Source of the DNA: an uncultured Alphaproteobacteria bacterium
GTDB lineage: Bacteria > Pseudomonadota > Alphaproteobacteria > Micavibrionales > Micavibrionaceae
DNA: 64,000 nucleotides
Assembly (NCBI GenBank): GCA_900696495.1
Contig: CAADGI010000021.1
Location: 43,614-107,613 of the forward strand
Direction of reading: 5' to 3'
Shown here: piece by piece, positions 8,229 to 17,711 of the stretch
How positions within the stretch are numbered: the stretch's first letter is position 1
How the letters are laid out: each line of letters starts with the position of its first letter
The notes under the pieces: generated by a model
What the model saw: only the letters and a program-made list of their open reading frames with translations
Databases searched by the model: none
What the model was told of the DNA's origin: nothing
Made by a program: the position numbers and the translations under genes

Positions 8229-9119
8229 ATGGGCGGCAGAAAAAAGAACCCGGACCTCAAAATAGATATGACAGAGCCTGTCGCGCTGACGGCATTCAAC
8301 CAACACTCCGCCGCGCTGAGGGAGCGCCTGGAAAATCACCGGATCTGGATTGAGAGCAACGGCCTTGCGGGAAGAAATTTCAACGGCACTGACGATAGAG
8401 TTATCGCGAGCCTCGATCTGAACGGCGTTGATTTAAGACGCATGAGGCTTGCCGGAATGGTTTTCGAAAAATGCGACTTCAGAAAAATCAGGCTGGATGA
8501 CGGAAACATCGATGACGCGGTTTTCAGGCACTGCACATTTCGTGATTTCGATGAAAGCCAGAAAAATGCAAAAATTGTCAGCATTAACCGCGTGCGCGCG
8601 AAGCGGGCCCAATTCTTTGGCTGCGACCTGCGCGGCATAAAAGTCAATGACTGCGATTTAGAAGCGGCAAGAATAACAGACTGCCAGTACAACAAGGAGC
8701 AATTCAAATTTTCCTACATCGTCGGCATGCGTGCCGACGGCGTTACCCTGAAGGAAGCGGCGCCTGACAATCTTATGCTTGGCTATAGCGCAAAGCCGGA
8801 ATATCCGTCACTGACCCCGGATAAAAAACTGGTGACGCTTGATTATAAGGGGCGCGGCAACTGCGGGTCCGTATCCGCGGGCCCCGACCATGAACAGCTC
8901 TGCGACATTTCTGCCGAAAAAGCGGCCCCCGAAAAGAAAACCCGCAAAAGCCGTACGCCTCGTGCGGCAGATCCTCTTGCAATGCCTGAAGAAGGCCGCC
9001 GGGCGACGCTCGAACTCGCAGACTGGGAAGATGAACAAGACGTAAGTGAAATCGTAAGCCGTGGACCTCGCCGTGAAGAAGAATTCGGCGATCAGGGTAT
9101 ATCGCTTACGCTGGAATAA
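8229..9119 (+). CDS. pentapeptide-repeat protein (296 aa)
   Basis: GAGGAG RBS at 8217-8222. Central run of A(D/N)LXX-type repeats (LNGVDLRRMRLAGMVFEKCDFRKIRLDDGNIDDAVFRHCTFRDF...). Visibly AT-richer than its neighbours. Confidence 0.7.
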   Translation: MGGRKKNPDLKIDMTEPVALTAFNQHSAALRERLENHRIWIESNGLAGRNFNGTDDRVIASLDLNGVDLRRMRLAGMVFEKCDFRKIRLDDGNIDDAVFRHCTFRDFDESQKNAKIVSINRVRAKRAQFFGCDLRGIKVNDCDLEAARITDCQYNKEQFKFSYIVGMRADGVTLKEAAPDNLMLGYSAKPEYPSLTPDKKLVTLDYKGRGNCGSVSAGPDHEQLCDISAEKAAPEKKTRKSRTPRAADPLAMPEEGRRATLELADWEDEQDVSEIVSRGPRREEEFGDQGISLTLE

Positions 9120-9125
9120 ACGTCG

Positions 9126-10505
9126 TCATTTCCCGATACAGAAATCCTTGAAAATGACGTCGAGCAGATCCTCGACATCGACGCGGCCCGTGATGCGCCC
9201 GACCGCGCGCACCGCAAGGCGAACGTCCTCGGCAGCCAGCTCGGGCAGCGCGGCGGTCTTTGCCCGCATGAGCGAGGCCAGCGCGTCTTCCAGCGCGGCG
9301 CGGTGACGCGCGCGGGTGAGAGACGGCGTCTCACCGGGCTTCAGCAGATTTTGAATTTTTACTGTCAAAGAAGAAACAAGCGTATCAAGATTTATTTCGT
9401 CTTGAACGGAAACATATAAAATGTCATGCCCGCGCAGGCGGACATCCGGTTCTTCTTTTTTTGCCGGACCCCCGCCTGCGCGGGGGCGACGTGTGACCAG
9501 GTCTGATTTATTGACGACGATCAAAGAATTTTCATCGGCGAGTTTGAGCGTCGCGTCGTCGAAATTTTTCGCCGTGCCGTCGAACAGCAGGATTTTGATA
9601 TCGGCCTCGCGCGCGCGGGATAACGCGCGGCGTATGCCTTCCGACTCGATTTTATCGTGACCTTTTTCATTGAGCTGCGCCGGGCGGAGGCCAGCCGTGT
9701 CGGCGAGAACGACGGGATATCCCGCAATATCGAGATGCGCCTCGATCACATCGCGCGTCGTGCCGGCAACGTCTGAGACGATCGCGATGTCGCGCTGCGC
9801 CAGCGCATTGACCAAAGAAGATTTCCCCGCATTCGGCGCGCCGATCACCGCGACATGCACGCCGCCGCGCAATCTCTCGCCGCGCCGGTTGTCGTTCAGG
9901 TGCGCGGAAATTTCCGACGCAATTTGTTCGATGGCGGGCGACGCGCGCAGGGCGATGCCGCCGGGCAAATCGTCATCGGGAAATTCAATTTCCGCCTCAA
10001 GATGCGCGAGAAGTTTTTTGAGTTCGTCCGTCCAGCGCGCATACAAACGCGAAAGCGAACCTTCCATTTGCGCCAGCGCCTGGATTTTCTGCGCGGACGT
10101 TTCGGCGTTGATGAGGTCGGCAACCGCCTCGGCCTCGGTCAGATCCATCTTGCCGTTTTCGAACGCGCGGCGCGTGAATTCGCCGGGCTCCGCGAGGCGG
10201 TGGTTTTTTTGACCGCCCAGCGCCGCGACAAGTGAATCGATCACCGCCCGCCCGCCATGCACGTGATACTCGACGACATCCTCGCCGGTGAAACTTTCCG
10301 GGCCTCTGAACGGCAAAACGACCGCGCGGTCGATGACCGCTTTTGTTTCCGGATCGCGCAAAACGGCCAGAGAGGCCGTACGCGCTACGAATTCTTTTCC
10401 GCTCAATGCTTTAAGTCCAGACCAGGCGTCCTTCCCGGAGACCCTTACAACGGCAATTCCAGACCGCCCGGTCGGTGTCGAAAGCGCGAAAATCGTCTCA
10501 CTCAC
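9126..10505 (-). CDS. mnmE: tRNA modification GTPase MnmE (TrmE)
   Basis: G-domain GAPNAGKSSL and DTAG, NKSDL, and the C-terminal FCIGK signature. Confidence 0.9.
   Translation of the reverse strand: MSETIFALSTPTGRSGIAVVRVSGKDAWSGLKALSGKEFVARTASLAVLRDPETKAVIDRAVVLPFRGPESFTGEDVVEYHVHGGRAVIDSLVAALGGQKNHRLAEPGEFTRRAFENGKMDLTEAEAVADLINAETSAQKIQALAQMEGSLSRLYARWTDELKKLLAHLEAEIEFPDDDLPGGIALRASPAIEQIASEISAHLNDNRRGERLRGGVHVAVIGAPNAGKSSLVNALAQRDIAIVSDVAGTTRDVIEAHLDIAGYPVVLADTAGLRPAQLNEKGHDKIESEGIRRALSRAREADIKILLFDGTAKNFDDATLKLADENSLIVVNKSDLVTRRPRAGGGPAKKEEPDVRLRGHDILYVSVQDEINLDTLVSSLTVKIQNLLKPGETPSLTRARHRAALEDALASLMRAKTAALPELAAEDVRLAVRAVGRITGRVDVEDLLDVIFKDFCIGK
9423..9497. repeat. 75-bp palindromic repeat element inserted in frame in mnmE
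   Basis: Arms GTCATGCCCGCGCAGGCGGACATCCGG and CCGGACCCCCGCCTGCGCGGGGGCGACGTGTGAC, of the same family as 2475-2500 and 4800-4826. Encodes VTRRPRAGGGPAKKEEPDVRLRGHD. Confidence 0.7.
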
Positions 10506-10617
10506 AACCGCACCATTCGGAGTAGAGAGAGACTAACATAATATATTTTACATAATGCATCTTGTGTTTATATCCGGGTCATGCTGAACAGGAGACTGGT
10601 GGAAATAGTCCCGCCCC

Positions 10618-10890
10618 CTATACCTTCTTCTTCGAAGGCGGTGCCGACGCGGCCGCAGAACCCGGCATCCCCATCTGCTCCCAAAACATTTTCTGCACCT
10701 CGCCCCAGCCCTGGATGGTGGCGGGAAGCCATGTGCGCAGCATCGTCTCGGGGTCGAGCGAGCGGATATTGTCGCGCATGCGCGTCTCCAGCTCTTTCAT
10801 CAAAGCCGCCTGCATCGGCTCGACGTCCGGCAGTCCGAAAAAAGCCCGCGCTTCCTGCGGCGTGCACTCAATGTCGAATTTCACTTTCAT
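10618..10890 (-). CDS. small conserved-looking hypothetical protein (90 aa, start moved to MKVKFDIE)
   Basis: ORF with good coding-like composition. The internal ATG at 10890 removes an unlikely N-terminal tail. Confidence 0.5.
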   Translation of the reverse strand: MKVKFDIECTPQEARAFFGLPDVEPMQAALMKELETRMRDNIRSLDPETMLRTWLPATIQGWGEVQKMFWEQMGMPGSAAASAPPSKKKV

Positions 10891-11028
10891 CGCGCTATCT
10901 TTCTCTATTTGGAGTTGCCCCAGCCTATGAAAAAATCGCATGCGGTTCAATGTATCATTGAAGGGGCGGGTTACTCTTGCTAGGGTCGTTAATCCTGTGA
11001 ATCCGGATTAAACCACGCGGAAAAACAA

Positions 11029-12705
11029 GTGGAAAAAGACAATCCCCAGAACCCCGACAAAGCCGCCCAGCATGCCGCGCCTTTAGAAAAAGGAGCGCTG
11101 TCCGGTAATTACGCGAACCCCGCGCTCGAGGAGATACGCGCCGCGGTGCGCGGCAACGGTTTAAATCCGCGCATGGTCACGGCCAAGAAAATCGAGGGCA
11201 AGGTCGTTGAATTCGACGCCGTGCTCTCGCTGCAGCTACACCAGCGCACGATGGAAAAAATCATCGGCGGCAAAAGAACGGAAGGCGAGAAGGTCGACGG
11301 ACCGCAAGGCATGCGCGAAGCGCTCGACCGCGACCGCCTGAAAACTTTAAGCAGCGATGAAGCCAGAAAAAAAATCGCCGCGCAGATCAATGCGCGCAAG
11401 GATCGCGGTTTTGGCACGCGCAACGAGATCATCAAGTTGCCGTTCCTGACGAAAGAATATGTGCATCACCAGGCCTGCCGCACCTGCAGCGCGCATGGCG
11501 AATTGAAATGCCAGCGCTGCAACGGAAAAGGGTCTGAATTATGCCCGCGCTGCAACGGCCAGAGCATGGAAATCTGCTCGCAATGCCGCGGCGCGCAGTT
11601 GATCTTCAACGGCAACGAAAAAATACCGTGCCCGAGATGCAACGGGCAGGGACGCACGCCGTGCATGATGTGCCACCAGACGCGCAAAATTCAATGCAGC
11701 GTCTGCCGCGGCCGCGGCGCGACGCAGTGCCAGAACTGCAACGGCATGGCATGGCATTCCTATATCACCACCGCGGAAATGGACGTGATCTGCACCTTCG
11801 ATTTCGACCGCCAGAATCTTCCTCCAAAACTGCTGCAAATGGTGGAAACCAAAGCCAAGGAAATATCGCAATATGCCGAGATCAGCGCCGTGCCCGCAAA
11901 GCCGCCGGAGAACGAGGGCGAGGCGCCGAAATCCGATATCATACCGCTGCGTTATCACGTCAAGCTGCCATACGCGGAAACCGAATTCGCGCTCGGCAAA
12001 AATTCAAGCGTCAGCGCATTCCTGCTGGGCAAAAGGGCAAGCATCGCCGAGATTCCATCCTTTCTTGAAATATTGCTCAAGGACGGCATAAGGATGCTGA
12101 AAGAAGCAGGCGAAGGACGCGGCAACGTCGCGGAAAAAATCCAGCAGGCAGGACAATACCGCACCATCCGCCATGCGATCGTCGCCAGCGCGAAATACTC
12201 AAAAGCCAAGGCGTTCAAGCTCGTGATGCGCAATTACCCGCTCGGCATCAGCGAAGGGGCGGTCAAGACTCTCGTGCTCAGCGCCGACAACGCGCTCAAA
12301 AACATCACGGCCAAGCCGCGCGTGCATGGCATGATCGCGGGGACGGCGCTGGCTTTCATATTTTACCTGGGCTATATGCTGGCGGGCCTGCGCGCCATGT
12401 TCGCGAACAGCATTCAGAATAAAATGTTTCATATTCCTATCGACGGCATCGCGCTCGGCGCAGGCATGATGTTCGCGCTGCTCGCGCTGCAGTTCTTCGG
12501 CGCGCATGCCATTAAAAAGGCGCTTGGAAAATTGCTGCCTGAAGACCAGAAAAACACGATCATGTCGAAATCCGGCCATACAGGCCCGTGGTCCGCGGTC
12601 ATCTGTTTCGTGCTGTTTTTCATTGCCTGTGAAATCGCCGTGCAGGCCGGGGGATCGGCGCCCGACTGGTATCTTATGATCCGCTCCGCGGCGGCGAACC
12701 CCTGA
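11029..12705 (+). CDS. membrane protein with eight CxxC (DnaJ-type zinc-finger-like) motifs
   Basis: 558 aa. CRTC, CQRC, CPRC, CSQC, CPRC, CMMC, CSVC and CQNC fall within about 100 aa. C-terminal hydrophobic helices present. GTG start uncertain. Confidence 0.6.
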   Translation: MEKDNPQNPDKAAQHAAPLEKGALSGNYANPALEEIRAAVRGNGLNPRMVTAKKIEGKVVEFDAVLSLQLHQRTMEKIIGGKRTEGEKVDGPQGMREALDRDRLKTLSSDEARKKIAAQINARKDRGFGTRNEIIKLPFLTKEYVHHQACRTCSAHGELKCQRCNGKGSELCPRCNGQSMEICSQCRGAQLIFNGNEKIPCPRCNGQGRTPCMMCHQTRKIQCSVCRGRGATQCQNCNGMAWHSYITTAEMDVICTFDFDRQNLPPKLLQMVETKAKEISQYAEISAVPAKPPENEGEAPKSDIIPLRYHVKLPYAETEFALGKNSSVSAFLLGKRASIAEIPSFLEILLKDGIRMLKEAGEGRGNVAEKIQQAGQYRTIRHAIVASAKYSKAKAFKLVMRNYPLGISEGAVKTLVLSADNALKNITAKPRVHGMIAGTALAFIFYLGYMLAGLRAMFANSIQNKMFHIPIDGIALGAGMMFALLALQFFGAHAIKKALGKLLPEDQKNTIMSKSGHTGPWSAVICFVLFFIACEIAVQAGGSAPDWYLMIRSAAANP

Positions 12706-12850
12706 AAATATGATCGCCCCCGAAAGCGTTGAAGCTTTGCGGAGGCGACCAGCGACGCGAGGGACACATCGTTATTGCGGTTCCTGCTGCAACACTGACT
12801 TCAAACGCGCATAAACTCTCTCTTCCGGCAAAAACGATTGGCGGCGGCCG

Positions 12851-13231
12851 CTAGGGCGAAGCGGCCGTCGGCATCGCCGGCATGGCGGAGATCAACGAGA
12901 GTTCGGGTTCGAGGATGTGTTGCGGTGACCCCAGGGAATCGAGGGCAAGACGAACCCCGAAGTCCGGATCAAGAGCCGCTAGAGTACCAGCCGGGCGCTG
13001 GGTTTTGTCCGTTACGGTCTGGGGAGCATGACAGATGGATGGAGGGGGGAGGCACGTATCCGTCACGGACAAGGGAAGAGACATGGACGCCGGGGCGGCC
13101 GCGACATTTTCGCGCGACCAGGCCGTACCGGCTGAAACTGCGATGAAGAGAAGGGCGGCAAGACAGATCTTCGTGTTGCGCTGTTTGCGCGCAAGCCTGT
13201 CGGAAAAATAATAACGTTGTCGTGCCATCAC
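12851..13231 (-). CDS. possible small secreted protein (126 aa)
   Basis: Basic N-terminus followed by the hydrophobic stretch ICLAALLFIAVSAGTAWS. Competes with an antisense ORF at 12838-13146. Confidence 0.3.
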   Translation of the reverse strand: MMARQRYYFSDRLARKQRNTKICLAALLFIAVSAGTAWSRENVAAAPASMSLPLSVTDTCLPPPSICHAPQTVTDKTQRPAGTLAALDPDFGVRLALDSLGSPQHILEPELSLISAMPAMPTAASP

Positions 13232-13413
13232 CTAAATCCCACCTGGAAAGCGCTGCCGGTTTTTTTTCGCGTTCTCCGCGCCGGCGATTTTTTAAAACGG
13301 GATTGTCCCGCCCTTTCTATTATTGCAACATGGAAGCGACATTATGGCAAACACTTTCGTTTCGAATTTGGGTAAAATTTTAGGCAATGAAGGTGTGCGC
13401 GGCACAAAACATG

Positions 13414-13436
13414 AAAAAAGCGGCCTCTGGGGCCGC
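13414..13436 (-). terminator. rho-independent terminator downstream of rho
   Basis: Minus strand reads GCGGCC-CCAGA-GGCCGC followed by TTTTTT, about 30 nt after the rho stop. Confidence 0.6.
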
Positions 13437-13468
13437 TTTCTCTAAATACACCCGGATGGGTGAAACTC

Positions 13469-14725
13469 TTATTGATTCATCGAGGTGAAGAACTCGTCGT
13501 TGGTCTTGGTCGTCTTCATCTTGTCGAGCAGGAATTCGACGGCGTCGACCGTGCCCATCGGGTTGAGGATGCGGCGAAGCACCCACATTTTCTGAAGGAC
13601 GTCCTTGTCGACCAGCAGTTCTTCTTTCCGGGTTCCGGATTTCTGGATGTCGATGGCCGGGAAAACGCGCTTGTCGGCGATCTTGCGGTCGAGAACGATT
13701 TCGCTGTTACCCGTGCCTTTGAATTCTTCGAAGATGACCTCGTCCATCCGCGAGCCGGTGTCGATCAGCGCCGTGGCGATGATCGTGAGCGAGCCGCCCT
13801 GTTCGATGTTACGCGCCGCGCCGAAGAAACGTTTCGGGCGCTGGAGCGCGTTGGCATCGACGCCGCCCGTCAGGACTTTACCGGACGAGGGAACGACCGT
13901 GTTGTAGGCACGCGCAAGGCGCGTGATGGAGTCGAGCAGGATGATGACGTCGCGCTTGTGTTCAACGAGGCGCTTGGCTTTTTCCATGACCATTTCGGCA
14001 ACCTGCACGTGGCGCGTCGCCGGTTCGTCGAACGTGGATGAAACCACTTCGCCGCGCACGGAGCGCGCCATGTCGGTGACTTCCTCGGGGCGTTCGTCGA
14101 TGAGAAGAACGATGAGGTAAGCATCCGGGTGGTTGGCCGCGATGGATGACGCGATATTCTGCAACATCACGGTTTTACCGGTACGCGGCGGCGCGACGAT
14201 CAGCGCGCGCTGGCCGAAACCGATCGGCGCTGTGAGTTCGATAACACGCTGGACGTTGTTCTTTTTCGTCGGGTCCGGAATCTCGAGCTTGATCTTGCGG
14301 TCCGGATAAAGCGGCGTGAGGTTGTCGAAATTGATGCGGTGACGGACCTTGTCGGGGCCCTCATTGTTGATCGAGCCGACTTTCAGCAGCGCGAAATAAC
14401 GCTCGGAATCTTTCGGGGCGCGGATCTCGCCCTCGACGATGTCGCCGGTGCGCAGGCTGAAGCGGCGGACCTGGCTGGGGGAGACGTAAATGTCGTCCGG
14501 GCCGGGCAGGTAGTTTTCTTCGGGGCTGCGCAGGAAGCCGAAGCCGTCCTGCAGCACTTCGAGCACGCCGGTGCCGGAGATCGGCACGCCCTCTTCAGCC
14601 AATTGTTTGAGGATCGCGAACATCATGTCCTGCTTGCGCATGGCGCTGCAGTTCTCAATCTTCAGCTCCTCGGCGAACGCGAGAAGCTCGGCGGGTGAGC
14701 GAACCTTCAATTCCTGTAAATTCAT
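13469..14725 (-). CDS. rho: transcription termination factor Rho
   Basis: 418 aa; RNA-binding N-terminal domain, Walker A APPRTGKT, canonical length. Confidence 0.95.
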   Translation of the reverse strand: MNLQELKVRSPAELLAFAEELKIENCSAMRKQDMMFAILKQLAEEGVPISGTGVLEVLQDGFGFLRSPEENYLPGPDDIYVSPSQVRRFSLRTGDIVEGEIRAPKDSERYFALLKVGSINNEGPDKVRHRINFDNLTPLYPDRKIKLEIPDPTKKNNVQRVIELTAPIGFGQRALIVAPPRTGKTVMLQNIASSIAANHPDAYLIVLLIDERPEEVTDMARSVRGEVVSSTFDEPATRHVQVAEMVMEKAKRLVEHKRDVIILLDSITRLARAYNTVVPSSGKVLTGGVDANALQRPKRFFGAARNIEQGGSLTIIATALIDTGSRMDEVIFEEFKGTGNSEIVLDRKIADKRVFPAIDIQKSGTRKEELLVDKDVLQKMWVLRRILNPMGTVDAVEFLLDKMKTTKTNDEFFTSMNQ

Positions 14726-15001
14726 GAATTTCTCTTAATTTTGTTTTTTATAAATCCCCGGAGTACGTCCACAATGGCCGGAAATATCCTTGTTCTTCGT
14801 TCAATCCTTGGCCTTAAAACAGTTGAGTGCTTTTGAGGGGGATTTTGCGGCGCCTGCAGGAGAGAAAATACTATAAAACTTCGCTTCCTGTGGCCGCGCG
14901 AACGGCGATAACGTCCAGTAATTCCTAGTGTTTTTTTGGATTTATCACAAAGATGTCTAACCTATAACCGGGCCATCCATGAGAGTCAAGGGATTATGTT
15001 C

Positions 15002-15029
15002 ATTATAGCACCCGCCCGGTCGATGTCCA
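15002..15029 (-). promoter_or_regulatory. candidate sigma70 promoter for rho (long leader)
   Basis: Minus strand reads TGGACA-N16-TATAAT with TGC immediately 5' of the -10 box. Lies about 280 nt upstream of the rho ATG. Confidence 0.4.
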
Positions 15030-15099
15030 TAAAATTTTACATAATGAATACAGAGGGGGGCCCATGATCGGGCCTCAGGGGAGGGCTGAAGGAGCGCCT

Positions 15100-15543
15100 C
15101 TAGAACGGCCGGACGATCACCATGATGACGATGATCGCCATCAGGACGGCGGGGACTTCGTTGATGATGCGGTAGAATTTCGCGGGCCGCGTGTTTTCGT
15201 CGCGGGCGAAGATTTTCACCGTTTTGGCGAAAAATCCGTGCAGGCCCGAGAGCAAAATCACCGAGGCCAGTTTCATATGCATCCACGGCTCCTGCAATAA
15301 TGCCGGGTTGGCAATCAGCATAAGGATGCCGAACAGGAAGGCCGCGATCATCGCCGGGTTGATGATCAGGCGCAGAAGTTTTTTCTCCATGATCTTGAAC
15401 GTTTCCGATTGTTGCGAGCCTTTCGGCGCATCCACGTGATAAACGAACAGGCGCGGCAAATAGAGCATGCCGGCCATCCAGGCGATGACGGAGATGACAT
15501 GAAAGGCGAGCAGCCAGCGATAATGTTCCGTGAGAAAACCCAT
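15100..15543 (-). CDS. hemJ: protoporphyrinogen IX oxidase HemJ-type membrane protein
   Basis: 147 aa, 4-5 TM helices, N-terminal HVISVIAWMAGMLYLPRLFVYH motif, adjacent to hemH and hemE. Confidence 0.7.
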   Translation of the reverse strand: MGFLTEHYRWLLAFHVISVIAWMAGMLYLPRLFVYHVDAPKGSQQSETFKIMEKKLLRLIINPAMIAAFLFGILMLIANPALLQEPWMHMKLASVILLSGLHGFFAKTVKIFARDENTRPAKFYRIINEVPAVLMAIIVIMVIVRPF

Positions 15544-15546
15544 ACG

Positions 15547-16647
15547 CTATGATTCCACAGCGGCGGCGCGCATACAACAGCGCGTAAAATGTTCGGGGCA
15601 GATGATTTTGCCGCCCTCGGCTTTGACGCCCTCCTGAACCGAGCCGCGCGAGAGGCGCTCCAGCACGATCGCGGCAAGGCCCTCGATGAAATCCGGATGG
15701 GTGGAAACGGTCGGCACGCGGTAAAAACCGGGAAGGCCAAGCGCGTGCGCCAGTTCGCGGTATTCGATTTCGATTTCTACAAGCGTCTCGACATGTTCCT
15801 GCGTGAAGGCATGCGGGTAGATGACCACGGCCTTGTTATCGGCGGCGGCGCGGCGAAGCTCTTCTTCCGTTGACGGGCCGATCCATTTTTTCGGACCGAC
15901 GCGGGATTGGTAGCAGATAGACCAGTCGAGATTTTCAATGCCGGTCGCGCGCGCGATTTTTTCAGCGCTCTGCTGGCACTGCCACTGATACGGGTCGCCA
16001 TCGGCGATGACGGATTCAGGGAGGCCGTGCGCGGAGAAAAGAACGCGCGGGGTTTCATGGCCGTCCTTGCGCGCCTGATCGTACACGGCGCGGATATTGG
16101 CGGCGGAGGCGCGGGCGAAGCCGTCATTGAACGGGTAGCAACAGACGCTGGCGGTCGGCGGATGGAAACCGAGCTTTTGCGCGGCCCTTTGCCATACCCC
16201 GAACGAGGAGCGCGTCGTCGTCGTCGAGAATTGCGGGTAAAGCGGGAGGAGAACTACTTCATCCGCGTACCAGTTGCGCACATCGCTCATGACTTCATCG
16301 GCCAGCGGGTGCCAGTAGCGCATCGAGACGAAGATTTTGAAATTGGCGATGCCTTTGGCGTTCAGGGATTTTTCAAGCGCATCAGCCTGTGCTCGCGAAT
16401 TTTCCAGCAGCGGGGATTTATTCCCGAGCGCGGCGTAGCTGTTCCCCGCTTCCTTCTTCGTGCGGCGGCGCGAAATCATTTCGGCCACCAGCCAGCGCAC
16501 CAGCAGCGGCGCGCGGATGATGTTTTTGTCCATGAAGAAATTGAACAGGAACGGACGGATGGCCGCTTTCGAATCCGGCCCGCCGAGATTGAACAGGACG
16601 ACCGCGATTTTTCTCACGAAGCCCGCCAGTTTCTGAGTATGTCGCAA
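15547..16647 (-). CDS. hemH: ferrochelatase
   Basis: KIAVVLFNLGGPD, LPLYPQFSTTT and SAHGLPE motifs. The start overlaps the hemE end and may lie further downstream. Confidence 0.85.
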   Translation of the reverse strand: MRHTQKLAGFVRKIAVVLFNLGGPDSKAAIRPFLFNFFMDKNIIRAPLLVRWLVAEMISRRRTKKEAGNSYAALGNKSPLLENSRAQADALEKSLNAKGIANFKIFVSMRYWHPLADEVMSDVRNWYADEVVLLPLYPQFSTTTTRSSFGVWQRAAQKLGFHPPTASVCCYPFNDGFARASAANIRAVYDQARKDGHETPRVLFSAHGLPESVIADGDPYQWQCQQSAEKIARATGIENLDWSICYQSRVGPKKWIGPSTEEELRRAAADNKAVVIYPHAFTQEHVETLVEIEIEYRELAHALGLPGFYRVPTVSTHPDFIEGLAAIVLERLSRGSVQEGVKAEGGKIICPEHFTRCCMRAAAVES

Positions 16648-17711
16648 AGCGCCGCGACATGTTCGGGCGGCGTATCCTTGTGCACGCCGTGGCCGAGATT
16701 GAACACAAAGCCCCCGCGCGTCAGATCCGCGAGTATCCGCTCCGCCGCCATCGCCATGGCATCACCCCCGACCAGCAGCGCCGCCGGATCGAGATTGCCC
16801 TGTACGGGCATCAGGGGCTGCAGCGTCTTCGCCGCCCATTGCGTGGGCACGGACTGATCCAGCCCGATCGCGGTGACACCGGTATTCTGGGCGTAGGAAA
16901 AATAATTGCTCCCCGCGCAACGCGGAAAACCGATGATCGGGATGTGCGGGTAAACCTCGCGCACCATGCCGACAATCGCGCGCGTCGGCTTGACCACCCA
17001 TTGCTGGAAGGACGCGTCATCCAGAATCCCCGCCCAGGAATCGAAAATCTGCAACGCCTCGGCGCCCGCGCCGGCCTGGCGGATCAGGTAGGAGGCGGTG
17101 GATTCAACCAAGAGCTCGATCAGCGCCGCGAAATTTTTGGAATCGCCCAGCGCCATTTTTTTCGCATACAGAAAATCGCGGCTGCCTTCGCCCTCCACCA
17201 TGTAGGCGGCAACCGTCCACGGCGCGCCGGCGAAGCCGATCAGGGCGGTATTGGAAAAACCTTCCGTCTTCAACGCGGCGCTGGTTTTTTTAATCGCCTC
17301 GAAAACGGGAGCGAGGTTTTTTTCAAAATCGGTGAAAGACAGCGCGGCAATTTCAGAGCCGCTCCGCACCGGCTCCAGCTTAGGCCCTTCATTCTGGACG
17401 AACTCCAGCTTCTGCCCCAGCGCCTGCGGCACCACGAGAATATCCGAGAAAATAATCGCCGCATCCATCCCGAACCGCCGCACGGGCTGCATCGTGATCT
17501 CGCACGCCGCGTCCGGATCCGTCGCCATCGCGAGGAAGCCGCCCTTCTTCCCGCGCAGTTCGCGGTACTCAGGCAGATATCTTCCCGCCTGCCGCATGAA
17601 CCAGAACGGTGCGCGCTCCCCGATATGTCCATCCAGGGCATCCAGGAACAGCTTCCCCGTCCTGATCGCCGACGCTTTCGGTCTTTTCGATTCGTAACTC
17701 ATGTCCCGCAT
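16614..17711 (-). CDS. hemE: uroporphyrinogen decarboxylase
   Basis: PFWFMRQAGRYLPEY signature; 365 aa. Confidence 0.9.
   Translation of the reverse strand: MRDMSYESKRPKASAIRTGKLFLDALDGHIGERAPFWFMRQAGRYLPEYRELRGKKGGFLAMATDPDAACEITMQPVRRFGMDAAIIFSDILVVPQALGQKLEFVQNEGPKLEPVRSGSEIAALSFTDFEKNLAPVFEAIKKTSAALKTEGFSNTALIGFAGAPWTVAAYMVEGEGSRDFLYAKKMALGDSKNFAALIELLVESTASYLIRQAGAGAEALQIFDSWAGILDDASFQQWVVKPTRAIVGMVREVYPHIPIIGFPRCAGSNYFSYAQNTGVTAIGLDQSVPTQWAAKTLQPLMPVQGNLDPAALLVGGDAMAMAAERILADLTRGGFVFNLGHGVHKDTPPEHVAALCDILRNWRAS

Noticed and set aside
15050-15080. Hairpin GGCCC-GATCAT-GGGCC as a hemJ terminator
   Set aside because: The stem is short and no T-tract follows on the minus strand. This is too weak to annotate.
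14957-15740. 206-aa and 124-aa minus-strand ORFs overlapping hemJ and hemH in other frames
   Set aside because: They are alternative frames of recognisable hemJ and hemH genes and have no independent support.
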